56,835 nucleotides of DNA from a virus (Duplodnaviria > Caudoviricetes), in the IMG/VR virus record IMGVR_UViG_3300038825_001331, positions 1 to 56,835 of that record; one strand, written 5' to 3'. A program made the position numbers and the translations under genes. How positions within the stretch are numbered: position 1 is the first letter of the stretch; each line of letters begins with the position of its first letter. The notes beneath the pieces were generated by a model. The model had not been told where the DNA came from, did not search any database, and saw only the letters and a list, made by a program, of their open reading frames with translations. This document shows, piece by piece, positions 26,101 to 36,200 of the stretch.

Positions 26101-29100
26101 AATGTTTCTCGCTAGCCCACCCTTAGTCATAGCAGGAAGAGGGCGCGTACTAGAGGATCGAATAACTCCTAACAACATGTCGGAGTCAGGTGTTCCCCTA
26201 GTAGCGACCCGCTCAAGCACCGCTAAATCAAACATGTCCATTAGTTTTGCAGCTAAAGCGTTTGTGTCTTTAATAACTTCGTCTGCGGCCTTACCAATAC
26301 CCGCAATAGTAGTAAACCTGCCTCCTTTTCCTATGCGCCTACCAAGAAAACCTGCTGTTTCTAGCTGATTCATGGCCTGTTTAAACGTAGGAAGTCTAGA
26401 CCAGTTTGGGTCTGCCCAGGCACTAGCAAGTGCTTGGTGTGACTTGCCCTGTTCCCGTATAATGTTACCTAAAATGCGATAGCCCGGAACCATATAGGTA
26501 TTATAAGCCTGACGCTGCGCAATCTTAACGTGTTTCTCGTGCTGCTTTGCGTTGTGTAACCCTGCCTTAGCTCCCTTTTTAGCACCTAAGTCTTTAGCAA
26601 TGCCCTTAGCCATTGTCTCAAGGTGGCTTCCTGTTTTATTAAATAACCTTTCTGCTCTTGTAATACGGTTATCTAGAAAGGTATGGGCGGCATTTCCACT
26701 CACCCTACCAAGATGCTCTAGCGCTGCATCTACCTGCCTTCTGTTTTTCTCGATTAGTTTTTGTGCCGCAATAAAGTCATTTGAATCTTTTACCGAAGAC
26801 TTAGCTGTTTTGCTTTGTAGGTTGTGAAGATTTTTTCTAGCTTTAGTTAAACGATCTAGGTGTCTTCTTGCGTTTAGTGCTGCCGTTCGCATCTCAGCAG
26901 CGCTTCCCTTTTGTTTTCCAGCAAAAGACCTGAGTATGTTTCTACGGGCTTTAAGTTCTGCTAAGTTAGATGCCAAAGCAATATGACCGGCCTCTACAGC
27001 ACGAAGCTCTACTTCTGCTATTGCCCTTATCTCGGATTTTTTCCAGGTCTTATTTGTTACAGGATTTATTGTTCCTTCTAAAGTTTTCCATACAGGCTTA
27101 CCCGTTTCAACTGCTTGTCGAACTAAATTAATTGCGTCCTCTTGCACATTAGTAGGCGCCCGTCTACTAGGTGTTCCTAGTCGAACTTGTTTACCCGCAG
27201 TGCCCGGCTTGCCTGGAGCAGCTTGAAGCCCCCCTCGCGTCATTCCTCCTGTGATAGGAGCCTTTGTTCCTGCAGCTTGTGCAGCAGCCTGGGCCGCCCT
27301 ATCTGCAGATTCCCATGTAATAGGTTTAATACCTTCTGCTAGCCGCGCTTCTGCTTGAATTGCTCTGGCTATGTTCTTGCCTGTGGCTACAGATACCTGC
27401 GCGTTGCTTGCAATTGCTTGAGAATATTGTGCCTGAATCATATCGGCTTCGGATTTTCCCAAAACCTTTTCGACCCGATTAAGCATTTCCTGGACTTCTT
27501 TTGCTTCGTTATCGTATTTTACAATGTTATTTGTTGCTGATTGAAGCTGAGCAAGCCGTTCGGCGCTTAACCGATACATAAAGTTATCGGCTTCTGCAAA
27601 TAAGTAACGCCCCTTAGCGGATTCTAAAGCAACTTCTTTTGTCCCTGCCATTCCGTTAAGGAAGCCTTTAGCACCGCTCTTAGCAATATTAACTACTTTA
27701 GCTAAACCAGTGACCTCCTCTGCGGCACTTGCTATTGCCTCCATTTTACCAGCACTTAAACCCGCCGCAATTCCTCCGGTTCTACCAATAGTACCCAGTC
27801 CCATGGTACCTACCGTAATCACATCAGGTGTAGCAATGGTACTAAATACTACATAGCTAGTGCCCATAAACTGTGTAGCAGCAGGGAATTCATCGGCCTC
27901 CATGTCGGTCATACCACTTTTTCTTAGACCGGCTAAAACTATGTCTACGGCGGCGTAACCTACTTCGTCTGCGTATTCATCAAAGCCTACGCCGTGGTAT
28001 ATATCCGCTATGGCTTTTTCTTCCGATATGGCACCCCCGGCGCCCATGCTAAGACCTGCCAATCCCCTCCAAGACCAGTCTAATAGCCCCTCGTATTCTA
28101 CTAAATGTGTATCACCTTCAAGGTATAGCTTAGAAGTTTTGTTGGTTCCCGACCCGTTCCACCAGGCGTCTACAGCAGAGCCCCAAAAATTATCACCCTG
28201 TTCTAACTCAAGAATTATGGAAGATAAAGGTTTGCCATCTGGTTTAAACAATGCAAAGTGTGTGCCGTCTGCCCGCCTTCGTATAGCCGTAAGCTCGTCA
28301 TATGCTTCTTTTTCATACGCTTTAAGACGCTCAGATCTCCATTCATTGTACCTTTCTCTGTTCTCCCTACCCATCCTTCTAGGGCGTTCTTTTACACCTA
28401 GCGCCATGTAGTCAGCCGTTACCCTCTCTTCCGCAATCATAGCGGCAACAACTCGCATGTTTACTACATTTTGGTCGAAGTCTCTATCGTTTAAACTCCA
28501 CTCTACCTCTTCTTCCATTTCTTTGTATTCTGTTGGTGCTCCTCTGGGTAAGGCCTCCGTAAGGTACATCCAATCTCGCATAGCTTGTGCGGCGGCTTGC
28601 TCGTCACCCGATTGAATGTGTTGTTGTAGATGAGGAAATAGCCCATCTACACTTATTCTGCCCGTGTAGTTAGGTGCAGATTGGGCTATCGTTTCTGCTA
28701 CTAGAGGCTCAAACCTGCGAGATTCTTGTACTCGGGTAGCCCACTCTTCCAAGGCTAGGGCCTTACCCCTTTCTACCTCAGACTCTGCTTCTTTTTTTAA
28801 CTGTTGTAAAACCGCTTGTTGATCTTCTAAAACCCTTTGCTGAATAAGAGCTTTACGATTTAGCCTGTCTAAATGCCAGTTTGCAGAATCTTTAAGCATA
28901 TCCCCGGCAGTAATTACACCAGGGTACCCCTGCTCATCATACTCAAGCGGTTTACTTTTAAAAGTTGTGGGCTTTCTATACGCCTGACGCATAGCTGTAA
29001 CATTTTCTACAAACTTTTCGTCAATCTGCTCCTCGCCTTTTGAGTTTAGAACAATAGCATTATCGCCGTATTGCAATCTAGCTTGTCTAATTTGAGATTG

Positions 29101-29544
29101 TTTATCTAGTCCTCTAAATGGTTGAGCAGCCTGTAAAGGGGTGCCTGCTACAATCTTGCCCTCCCCTTCTATTTCTAGGCCACTGTGTATTTTCCCTCGT
29201 CCAGGTGTAAAGGCTTGGTCTGTAGGAGAGATTGATGGATCAAAAATCTCATACCTACCTGACCTGTAGGCATTTCGTTTTTCAAAAGGATCCATAGTAT
29301 TCCAAGCAGCTAACTCATCAAAGCTGAGCGCCGGATTTCCTTTATCATCAACCAAGTTTCTTACTTGGCTATCCATTTCCGCTAGCTCTTTATCTTCCTG
29401 CATAGCCCTAAGAACAGCTTCAGGGTTCTGCTCTAAGAATCCACCTGGAGGTTCTTCGATTGGCGCAGGGGCCTGCATAGGGGTGCCTTCTGGAGGCTCC
29501 CGATCTATTGCTAGGTAAATATCGGAGCTATCGCCGTTAGACAT
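23119..29544 (-). CDS. Very large internal virion (DNA ejection-type) protein
   Basis: 2141 aa, Ala/Lys-rich and helical; last of several large genes after the tail tubular genes, as in podoviruses. Confidence 0.65.
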   Translation of the reverse strand: MSNGDSSDIYLAIDREPPEGTPMQAPAPIEEPPGGFLEQNPEAVLRAMQEDKELAEMDSQVRNLVDDKGNPALSFDELAAWNTMDPFEKRNAYRSGRYEIFDPSISPTDQAFTPGRGKIHSGLEIEGEGKIVAGTPLQAAQPFRGLDKQSQIRQARLQYGDNAIVLNSKGEEQIDEKFVENVTAMRQAYRKPTTFKSKPLEYDEQGYPGVITAGDMLKDSANWHLDRLNRKALIQQRVLEDQQAVLQQLKKEAESEVERGKALALEEWATRVQESRRFEPLVAETIAQSAPNYTGRISVDGLFPHLQQHIQSGDEQAAAQAMRDWMYLTEALPRGAPTEYKEMEEEVEWSLNDRDFDQNVVNMRVVAAMIAEERVTADYMALGVKERPRRMGRENRERYNEWRSERLKAYEKEAYDELTAIRRRADGTHFALFKPDGKPLSSIILELEQGDNFWGSAVDAWWNGSGTNKTSKLYLEGDTHLVEYEGLLDWSWRGLAGLSMGAGGAISEEKAIADIYHGVGFDEYADEVGYAAVDIVLAGLRKSGMTDMEADEFPAATQFMGTSYVVFSTIATPDVITVGTMGLGTIGRTGGIAAGLSAGKMEAIASAAEEVTGLAKVVNIAKSGAKGFLNGMAGTKEVALESAKGRYLFAEADNFMYRLSAERLAQLQSATNNIVKYDNEAKEVQEMLNRVEKVLGKSEADMIQAQYSQAIASNAQVSVATGKNIARAIQAEARLAEGIKPITWESADRAAQAAAQAAGTKAPITGGMTRGGLQAAPGKPGTAGKQVRLGTPSRRAPTNVQEDAINLVRQAVETGKPVWKTLEGTINPVTNKTWKKSEIRAIAEVELRAVEAGHIALASNLAELKARRNILRSFAGKQKGSAAEMRTAALNARRHLDRLTKARKNLHNLQSKTAKSSVKDSNDFIAAQKLIEKNRRQVDAALEHLGRVSGNAAHTFLDNRITRAERLFNKTGSHLETMAKGIAKDLGAKKGAKAGLHNAKQHEKHVKIAQRQAYNTYMVPGYRILGNIIREQGKSHQALASAWADPNWSRLPTFKQAMNQLETAGFLGRRIGKGGRFTTIAGIGKAADEVIKDTNALAAKLMDMFDLAVLERVATRGTPDSDMLLGVIRSSSTRPLPAMTKGGLARNIETLTSEAHSIMVADRGGAVAAATLLDVGDLARHNPAMVKGLFHRLGARFMRIGSIKATVAAFTEPYLYKVGFGNKEITDIMKGIEYVRKYHSDRLTFIATSGKLEKRFDRLAAFVSDKVETGDSVFNRGITFLKRIGDSSDEVMKAQADEMFAALGRAFLAKGPPGSYNAQMYPNSASQITQAEFIVSEVRKAIMGDKVKKWEDLIDVVQKVTNNDKIGKGTAIGAYAAAIAKGEKPTVAAMHNALYAKTILAQTLLTAGALESGLSRVASITSHLSDDAIKGLAMLQQGEAAALPGTFKEIAEVATKLGIPPRLSKVWTDAGNKTGLAISLVKKDGGYTFLNQRVVEQTIATLKNTIKNTEQYYKVVDKTLPKMLLEDISGMWTNVLRMMTTGAFHIGYYFNMTYGNFTQVFAEAGLVPALQVVGGATVGAAVPALTKLPVIGPKLASKYDKFVAELVLPHPSLAMVDARTAALMNPNMLKGDKILTLPSGEKMTVGAFRMELVEAGAFTSLSGSIAPASIRASNKMGFLQKALSEIPGVKPPNWLKPTRVLTKPLEMSAHMFNHLEILQRVTLYNYLRFNKGYSKGRSAQIMQNSLYDWAFATTDAETAAVKYLFMFYNFHKLSFMRGLNHLFQPALAGAGRGGRSTVGGRGFVNSILRTSPLHPDAFAMARINMYDRAHRTFIEDPGLEEAGVERPGWARLSSRTFAGGGQLTQAQRLALMATTGRDATAFVESLPAPTPQSVIESLYNISALGLRASMDDDFTAGDFFSEGVAKEVAARSNPIAKSLIESYFLETSAENIMDDDRRVPLYSPAHRLVQQHLEAAFDWWPKAEMYREDRPYAMRVSPATKSVLSLLLLPVARKLDPIIESEALDMNTKEAADYWFRQNAGVYKRHFVNPELEKGYREAQFDNEVQDYLERVTGTMPGGQIAGEGALRGPSLESYEFRMQQRQQDLESRIPIGMPREDRRKTTTAEEARKAAFINKLVTGE

Positions 29545-29574
29545 ACGACACCTTGGGAATGGTACTGGCTGCTT

Positions 29575-29603
29575 AACCTAACACATAGATTAAGCTATGT
29601 CAA
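29575..29603 (-). promoter_or_regulatory. Minus-arm promoter
   Basis: TTGACA-tagcttaatctatgtgt-TAGGTT; the -35 contains the upstream TGA stop. Confidence 0.65.
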
Positions 29604-31276
29604 CCAATACCGCCCTCAACGGGTGCTTCAGGCTCTCTAACCTCGTTTTGGGTTTCTTTTCTTTTGGCCATTTCTTCAGGGGTCTCAGGAACAATACCTA
29701 ATTGTTTGTTTTCCCTAACTGCACGCCGAGTATCCCTAGCAGCTTGCCTATCTTGCTGCCTTGCCTCTTTTACCATTTGCCGAACGGTTTCTCTTTCGTC
29801 GGTATATCCGCGCTCTTTCTGATACCTAAGAAACTCTGGAGACTGAACAAGCTGCTTGCGAGCCTGCTGTAGTGGAGGAAGCTCAGGCATATCTGCAATC
29901 ATTTGCATAGCTTGTAGGCTTTCTTCTCGGGGGTCTGAAGGTTTTTTAAGACCAGGAATCCCTAGCCAAGACTCTTGCACCGGCTGCTCCTGTCGTACCT
30001 GTTGAGCTGCCTGTGCAGCAGCCTGGGTGTCTGTAACCCCCTCTCTGCCTGCTGAAACTTTAGCTGCTTCAATAGCCTCGGAAGCGCTTTTAGTAGGCTG
30101 AAACCCCATCATACGCGCAACTTCTTGGATTTGTGCAATCTCTGTAGGATCAAACACTTCTGGGCTAGCAGCCGCAATTCTAGCAACACCCGTTGTAGCA
30201 GCCGAACTAACGGCCTTTGTTCTGTTTCTTTGCTGCTCGTAGATGGCATAGTCGCTTGGGGAACCTGCGCCGCCAGGGCTGGCAACACGCATATTCAATC
30301 CCCTTTCTGCTAACGCCATTTCTAGTTCAACCCTACTTGCAGAGTCTAGATTTGCTAGCGGGTTTGTGGCGTTGGCTGGTACCCCTGCAAGGCGCTTAGT
30401 GGCCTCCATTACTGCTGCCTCTTGATACTTAGGGATTTCAGCTTTGGCAGTTCGTGCGGCATCGTTTGCAAGTCTTGCCCTATCTATCTCTGCAGACTGA
30501 TCTATGTTCTTAAAAAATTGGCTTCGACTCATCTGGCTATTTAGATACGCCTCACCAATAGCTGTTTCAAGTTCTTGCTGAGTTAAGTCTTCGATGTTTG
30601 TTTTACCAAAAGGAGCGGTGTCTATAAGGTTTTCTACATCTTCTCGCCTTACAATTGGCGCGTCTAATATGCGGCCTGACCTAGTTTCGTCGCCCGGAAC
30701 GATAATATATCCTTCCTCTGCTAAATTATCTTTGTAGTTTTTTACTCGCTGCCTAGCTTCTTCGGTTTCTAAAATCTGTGCTGCATCGGCTGCAACTGCA
30801 CCCATTAACTTGGTGTTTTGATCATTTTGCTGGATTCGGGTTCTTGCTCCTTGAACCCTCATTTGTGCTGCGGCTAGCCGCTCTTTTTGTTCTCTGTTTA
30901 ACCTGCCCTCTTCTCGGGATAACTTGCGACTCATAGCACTGTCTATAAAGCTCATCAGGGCCTGTCGCTGCTGGAGGTCCATCTTATCGCGCTGTAGCTG
31001 CTCTTGTCGCTGCTGTAGCTCTAGGTCTCTAAGCTCCTTACGTTTTTCTTCTGCAGTCATCCAGGCGTCTTGCCCTTCAGTTCCACCCAAGATAAAATCG
31101 GTGTCAACATCTGCAGCCTGCCCGCGCATTGTGCGCCCAAGGCCGCTAAGGCCCTGACCTAGTGCCCTGACATTGCGTGCTCGCCGTTGCTTACGAAACT
31201 CCTGCACCAAGTCAGTAAGGTTTTCGTCACCAACACCGCGCCTGCGCTGCTCTGCTTTATCGTTTCCGTTAGCCAT
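29600..31276 (-). CDS. Internal virion protein (coiled coil)
   Basis: 558 aa, Q/E/R/A-rich helical; synteny. Confidence 0.55.
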   Translation of the reverse strand: MANGNDKAEQRRRGVGDENLTDLVQEFRKQRRARNVRALGQGLSGLGRTMRGQAADVDTDFILGGTEGQDAWMTAEEKRKELRDLELQQRQEQLQRDKMDLQQRQALMSFIDSAMSRKLSREEGRLNREQKERLAAAQMRVQGARTRIQQNDQNTKLMGAVAADAAQILETEEARQRVKNYKDNLAEEGYIIVPGDETRSGRILDAPIVRREDVENLIDTAPFGKTNIEDLTQQELETAIGEAYLNSQMSRSQFFKNIDQSAEIDRARLANDAARTAKAEIPKYQEAAVMEATKRLAGVPANATNPLANLDSASRVELEMALAERGLNMRVASPGGAGSPSDYAIYEQQRNRTKAVSSAATTGVARIAAASPEVFDPTEIAQIQEVARMMGFQPTKSASEAIEAAKVSAGREGVTDTQAAAQAAQQVRQEQPVQESWLGIPGLKKPSDPREESLQAMQMIADMPELPPLQQARKQLVQSPEFLRYQKERGYTDERETVRQMVKEARQQDRQAARDTRRAVRENKQLGIVPETPEEMAKRKETQNEVREPEAPVEGGIG

Positions 31277-31292
31277 AGGAAGGTCCTCCTGG

Positions 31293-31742
31293 TTAGGCCA
31301 CGCCGGTCATGCCGGGTATTAGTTGCCCAACAGTTTCAATCATGCCTCCGGCAAGCGCCATGTCCTGCTCGCGCTTTTTAATTTCTGCTTGAACTGCTGG
31401 GGCCATAGCCGCCAAAGCCTGGGCTTGTTGAGCCTCAAACGCCTTTTGCTGAAAATCTTTTGCCTGTCCAGTTACTTTTACCGCTTGTTCGGCTGCCGTT
31501 TCTGTTGCTTCTTGAGAAGCCTTTAAAGCAGCATCTTTTGCTACAGGACTTCCGCTAGCCTGTCCCATGGCCTGCACGTTTTGCATGGCCTGAACTGCCT
31601 GAATGTTTTGTTGGGCAGCATCCGTAGCGGCTTGCTGAAATTGTGCTCCCGCTTCTCGACCAGCCTGACCTGTGGCCACTTGCTCCAACAGATTTTTAGC
31701 GTACTCTGCCTGTTTCTTTTGCGCGTCACGAAAAACTGCCAT
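31293..31742 (-). CDS. Small internal virion / pilot-like protein
   Basis: A/Q-rich with a Gly-hydrophobic C-terminus. Confidence 0.55.
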   Translation of the reverse strand: MAVFRDAQKKQAEYAKNLLEQVATGQAGREAGAQFQQAATDAAQQNIQAVQAMQNVQAMGQASGSPVAKDAALKASQEATETAAEQAVKVTGQAKDFQQKAFEAQQAQALAAMAPAVQAEIKKREQDMALAGGMIETVGQLIPGMTGVA

Positions 31743-31746
31743 AGCG

Positions 31747-33729
31747 TTATACCCTCTCTAATTGAGATAGAATAAGTTGTTTTCCTTCCGCGCCTCCGAC
31801 AGCGCCAGCGGGCTCTCTAGCAAGAATACTAAGTTGAGCGCGGCTAAGGGTTTGCAAGGTTTTACCTCGTCCAAAAAGTTGGTCGATTTTATTTTGTACT
31901 AGGCCGGCAGTAACCCCTGCTGTAGTAGGTGGAGCACCGATTTCTCCAGACCCTTGAACTAGTGGAGTTTGGCCTGGACGTGGAGCGACTTCTACTAGCT
32001 CTTGTTCTTCAGGAGAAAAATAAGAAATTTCCCCGTCAGCCAACGCCTGATCAAACCGGGCATTTTCCCTTCTATCTATCTCTTCCTCCGTTTCTGGTGG
32101 AGCGTCTTCTACGGAAATTTCTCCGCTAGCCAACGCCCTATTAAACCGGGAATTTTCCCTCCTATCTATCTCTTGGGATAGCATTTCTCTAAAATTCTGC
32201 CTTTCAGGAGAGGCACCTGTTTCAGCTAGCTCCTCTAAAATGTTAAGGGTGTTATCATCTTGAATTGAAGATAGCACTTGTTGTATGCTGATGTCACTTT
32301 CGGGATTTCTATCGGCTTGAACAACAAGGTCAATAAATCTCTCCCCAGTTTCCTTAATTCTGCCCAAATCACCCCTTTCAATTTCGTTTTCTAAGCTCTT
32401 CACACCAGTCGCCGCAAACTCTAGGTCAGGCACTTCATCTGCAAACATTTTGTCGCGGGCCCTATTTATCTCATCTGCCTCCCGCGTTTCCTCGCGTTCT
32501 AACCGTCGCTCTTCTTGACGTTCTTCAAGTCGCTTGCGGCGTTCCTGCGCACGGACCTCGGCGTCTTGTGCTGCCTGCCGTCGCTCTCGCATCTCTTCAA
32601 GCTCTTGGCGCTCTGCTCGATCGTTGGCCATCATTCTAGCGTCGCTTTCGGGCGTGGGCAACAGGGCTTGTGGGGCGGCATCTGCTTGTGGGGCGGCTTC
32701 CATAGCTTCCATAGCCTCTACTTCGTCGGCAGAGGTAAAAAACTGTACATCGGAAATGTCAGCCGCTTCTGAACCCTTTGCTGCGGCGGCTTCTCTCGCT
32801 TCTCTAGTTTTTGATGGCCCTCGTGCTTTTAAAGGAACGTACTCTTGACCTCTATCCTCCATAGTTTGACGCATGGCAGCTTCGTATTGCTTTACACTCA
32901 TTCCTGGTTTAATCTTACCAGCGTCCATTGCTGCCCGCTCTGCCCAAATGCGCTGCCACATATTTTGACCAGCAAACCTACCCCCCGCTGGTGCCATTTC
33001 GTTTACGCCAATTTGGAACACTGCGCCCTTTCTGCTTGGATCTGTAGCCGTAATAGTTGGATTACCATCACCACCCTCGGAAACAGAGTTAGCATTAAAT
33101 TCGTATTGCCAGCCGCCCCTACCGGTCCAGTTAATTTTCTCCGCAGAGTCTTCTCCACCCCTACCAGAATCTTCAAACATAGCCATGTCAAGAGGCTTGT
33201 CCCTAGTAAAAACGTCCCTGCCCTTTTGTGCTTCTTCCGCCTGAAACTGCCGCATTCTTTCACCCTTAGCAGCATACGCTTCTGGGTCTTCCTGTGGATC
33301 AATTTCCGACTGCATTACTGGTCGGTCCACTGGTTTAATGAGCTGAAGACCTGCGGGTGTATCAGGAAGGTCTTCCCCCACGTATGCAGGAAGCTCTGAA
33401 GGGGGCGCTCCTACATCTACAACCCTTGCTTCCTCGCCCTCTCCCTCTCCCTCTACCGCGAGTCCCTGGCGAGCCAAATCTTGGCCCATGGGGGCCGTAA
33501 CTCTAACACCAGGGGCGGCATCTAGTTTTTGGAAAGCACCCCTAGGGTCTTCAAGAACAGGAGCCCTTGCTGCAGGGGCGGTATCTTGCCTGCTTTGATG
33601 AACAAAACCAGGACCTTTTTCAATACCAGCGGCCTCAAGGTCCGTTTCTTCAGTAGCGCCGAGTAGTGCTTTTCCGCGCCGCTTAGCAACTTGTCCAGAA
33701 CCAAAACCGGGAGGGGGAGACATAGCCAT
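31747..33729 (-). CDS. Acidic low-complexity protein, probably virion-associated
   Basis: 660 aa, E/A/P-rich, with internal duplication EIDRREN.RF..ALA.GEIS. Confidence 0.6.
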   Translation of the reverse strand: MAMSPPPGFGSGQVAKRRGKALLGATEETDLEAAGIEKGPGFVHQSRQDTAPAARAPVLEDPRGAFQKLDAAPGVRVTAPMGQDLARQGLAVEGEGEGEEARVVDVGAPPSELPAYVGEDLPDTPAGLQLIKPVDRPVMQSEIDPQEDPEAYAAKGERMRQFQAEEAQKGRDVFTRDKPLDMAMFEDSGRGGEDSAEKINWTGRGGWQYEFNANSVSEGGDGNPTITATDPSRKGAVFQIGVNEMAPAGGRFAGQNMWQRIWAERAAMDAGKIKPGMSVKQYEAAMRQTMEDRGQEYVPLKARGPSKTREAREAAAAKGSEAADISDVQFFTSADEVEAMEAMEAAPQADAAPQALLPTPESDARMMANDRAERQELEEMRERRQAAQDAEVRAQERRKRLEERQEERRLEREETREADEINRARDKMFADEVPDLEFAATGVKSLENEIERGDLGRIKETGERFIDLVVQADRNPESDISIQQVLSSIQDDNTLNILEELAETGASPERQNFREMLSQEIDRRENSRFNRALASGEISVEDAPPETEEEIDRRENARFDQALADGEISYFSPEEQELVEVAPRPGQTPLVQGSGEIGAPPTTAGVTAGLVQNKIDQLFGRGKTLQTLSRAQLSILAREPAGAVGGAEGKQLILSQLERV

Positions 33730-33755
33730 AATTTACTCCAAATCAGATAGGGCAT

Positions 33756-33784
33756 GCTATAACACGCAGCTTACTCTATGTCAA
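33756..33784 (-). promoter_or_regulatory. Minus-arm promoter
   Basis: TTGACA-tagagtaagctgcgtgt-TATAGC. Confidence 0.65.
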
Positions 33785-33787
33785 TAT

Positions 33788-34666
33788 TTACCAATAAAAG
33801 GGGACACAGCCAAAGCGGCGAGACATGATACGGACTCTATCATAAGTATCGCTGTGCAAAACCACCTGTATGCCGGCGTTGTGCCATCCCGTAGTTAAAG
33901 GACTTGCACCAGCAGTAAGAGGCTCAAGCCATCCGGCCACTGCAGCGCCTCCAGACGCGCTATGAAATACGTCGGTATCTTTAGTTCCCATATCGGACAG
34001 GAACGTACTGTCTACTACTATCCACCCAGTAAAGTGGTGTAGGTCGGGAGCAAGCGCCTCTGCATTAGAGTAGTGTCCGATCGTATCCGGGGAAGAGGCA
34101 TGTCCTAGACTTACAGAGTAGTCCAGAGGCACCATACTACTGTTACTTTCCGGTCCCCTAAAATCAAGCTCATCGACAAGGTGCCCGTTAATGTTTAAGG
34201 CAAAGCGAAATCCCCTGTTAGGTGCCGAGTTAACGTTGCCCCCGGCTAACGCCCCTGCAGTGGCATCATTCCCACATGTGGCTGTAAAGTTCCAAAAGAA
34301 AAGAACCTTAGACGCGGCACGTTTATTTTCCCATGTAGTTGTTAGTCCCGGAACACTTACAAACAATTTGTCCCAGTGCAAGTCGCTTGCGGGGTCATGC
34401 GTCACATCATTAAACCAGGCCGTAGCATGGTAATCTAGGTTAGTATTACCCGAAGTCATCTTAACATCGCCGGTATATGTACCCCGGCGAACCATTTCTC
34501 GACTAACTTGAAATGCACTATCTAGGTTATTTTTGTCAATACCTCCGTTGTATACAGCAAGGCTGTCCCCGGTCACGTTGTCGTGGTTGTATATAGATTT
34601 AGATATTTCATCAGCATCGGCAGACGAACCATCTACAATAGTGTGGGTGTAGTTTATAGTAGGCAT
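33788..34666 (-). CDS. Tail-associated structural protein
   Basis: Start MPTINY coupled by TAATG; beta-rich. Confidence 0.6.
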   Translation of the reverse strand: MPTINYTHTIVDGSSADADEISKSIYNHDNVTGDSLAVYNGGIDKNNLDSAFQVSREMVRRGTYTGDVKMTSGNTNLDYHATAWFNDVTHDPASDLHWDKLFVSVPGLTTTWENKRAASKVLFFWNFTATCGNDATAGALAGGNVNSAPNRGFRFALNINGHLVDELDFRGPESNSSMVPLDYSVSLGHASSPDTIGHYSNAEALAPDLHHFTGWIVVDSTFLSDMGTKDTDVFHSASGGAAVAGWLEPLTAGASPLTTGWHNAGIQVVLHSDTYDRVRIMSRRFGCVPFYW

Positions 34667-35556
34667 TATTCTAGTGTCCCCGCCAACAGAGGCAAACAAG
34701 ATAGTGTGTAACCTCCAAGCTCATACTCATCACTGCCAGCGTCATAAGCTGTAGTAGCGTTAAACAGCCCACTACACGAAACCAGAGCAATGTCCTTTAG
34801 CTTGGAACAGGCTTCCCCTCCTGTATGAGTAATACCCGCTATGTCGGTATCTGTAATAAGACACCCGGTGCTAATGGTTATGTGCTTGTGCGCGGATACT
34901 GAAAACTGGCCAATGCTTTTTTGAATTATGTGCCACTCATCTGCACCAGTGGCAGACCCTACTTTTACGGCAATGCCCAACATAACCCCTGCCGCATGTG
35001 TATCAAAATCTATGCCGCCCGTTTCGCAAGTCCCCCTAACCAAAATGCCTGTAATGTTTTTATCTGCAAGAGAAGAGCTGGTGCTTGCAAAATTTACAAG
35101 AGCAGGAACACTACCATTATCTGCTGCGGCTGTATGGCTGCTGGGCGTTCCGGGATCGGTTGTACGAACAATAACCCACCCGTGTGAAGCAACGTCGTAG
35201 TTAAGCGGTGAGTCGGTTTGTCCTGTCTGAAACCTATCAATATCAAAAACGGCACCGCCAGAGGTGTCTCCGTCCCATATACGGTTGTGGTAAACGGCGT
35301 AACTGTCTCCAGGATTGGAAAACGAACCGCCATCAAAAGGAGACCAGTTAACAGATAAGCGGGAACCAAAACTCCAAGAAACGCTGTGCCCGCTAGGAAA
35401 TATAGTTGAGTTAGTCATAACGGGGGCGTTGTCTACGTTTAGACAGCCCTTAGAAAAATCTTCGGGGTTTAGTCCGTTTAGTTTAATTCTTGGAGAATCC
35501 ATTGCGGCATGAAGGCCGGCGGCATCAAACACATCTTCTTTTTTTACAATGCTCAT
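34666..35556 (-). CDS. Tail-associated structural protein
   Basis: Start MSIVKK coupled by ATGA. Confidence 0.6.
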   Translation of the reverse strand: MSIVKKEDVFDAAGLHAAMDSPRIKLNGLNPEDFSKGCLNVDNAPVMTNSTIFPSGHSVSWSFGSRLSVNWSPFDGGSFSNPGDSYAVYHNRIWDGDTSGGAVFDIDRFQTGQTDSPLNYDVASHGWVIVRTTDPGTPSSHTAAADNGSVPALVNFASTSSSLADKNITGILVRGTCETGGIDFDTHAAGVMLGIAVKVGSATGADEWHIIQKSIGQFSVSAHKHITISTGCLITDTDIAGITHTGGEACSKLKDIALVSCSGLFNATTAYDAGSDEYELGGYTLSCLPLLAGTLE

Positions 35557-36200
35557 CGTGCCAACTCCACACAAACCATTTGAGAGTTACGAATATTTAA
35601 TAGCGGCCCGCCAGAATCCTCTACAGCAGGTGCTGCTTTAACTCCTACCCCAATAGAAACTCTATGTCTTCCAGCGGGAAGAAGTAGGATTGAGTCAATA
35701 CATGCTCTAGAAGACGCTCCTGCAAGACCAACCTCATGCACGCCGGATATAGCGCTAGTATCAAAACACCCAATACCTGTTTCAATATAGGGGCTTCCGT
35801 TTAGTAGTATGACGAACTGAGCCTGGCATAGCCTAGAGGCGGTAGTAGAATCCATGTTATAATCTACGGCAGCAAACAGCAGAAATGGGCCACCCTCAGT
35901 AGAGAACTCCATGTAGGCATCGTTTACTTCTGTCCATCCTGCTGAAACAGGGTATGAATCCCTTTCTGTATTATCAAACAACGCAGCATAGGTGTAGTTG
36001 TTTACTTCTTTTATATTATAGGCCAGGTCACTTGACGTGTCTACACCTACGGTAAGGTCCGTTGTAAATGATGCTGAATCAATATTGTGTTCGTTTATGT
36101 CCCCTGACGCCTCGTAAAAAGGACGAAGGCCCTCTGCCAAGTCTTCTGGACTAAGGGGATGGTTTTGTCTGGGGACGCGCTTAGGAAACTTCCAACTCAT
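35553..36200 (-). CDS. Tail-associated structural protein
   Basis: AAGGAG SD; ATGA overlaps. Confidence 0.6.
   Translation of the reverse strand: MSWKFPKRVPRQNHPLSPEDLAEGLRPFYEASGDINEHNIDSASFTTDLTVGVDTSSDLAYNIKEVNNYTYAALFDNTERDSYPVSAGWTEVNDAYMEFSTEGGPFLLFAAVDYNMDSTTASRLCQAQFVILLNGSPYIETGIGCFDTSAISGVHEVGLAGASSRACIDSILLLPAGRHRVSIGVGVKAAPAVEDSGGPLLNIRNSQMVCVELAR

Noticed and set aside
23119-29544. Tape-measure protein or virion RNA polymerase
   Set aside because: No tail tube, chaperone or sheath context, and no RNAP catalytic motif recognised; synteny fits ejection proteins.
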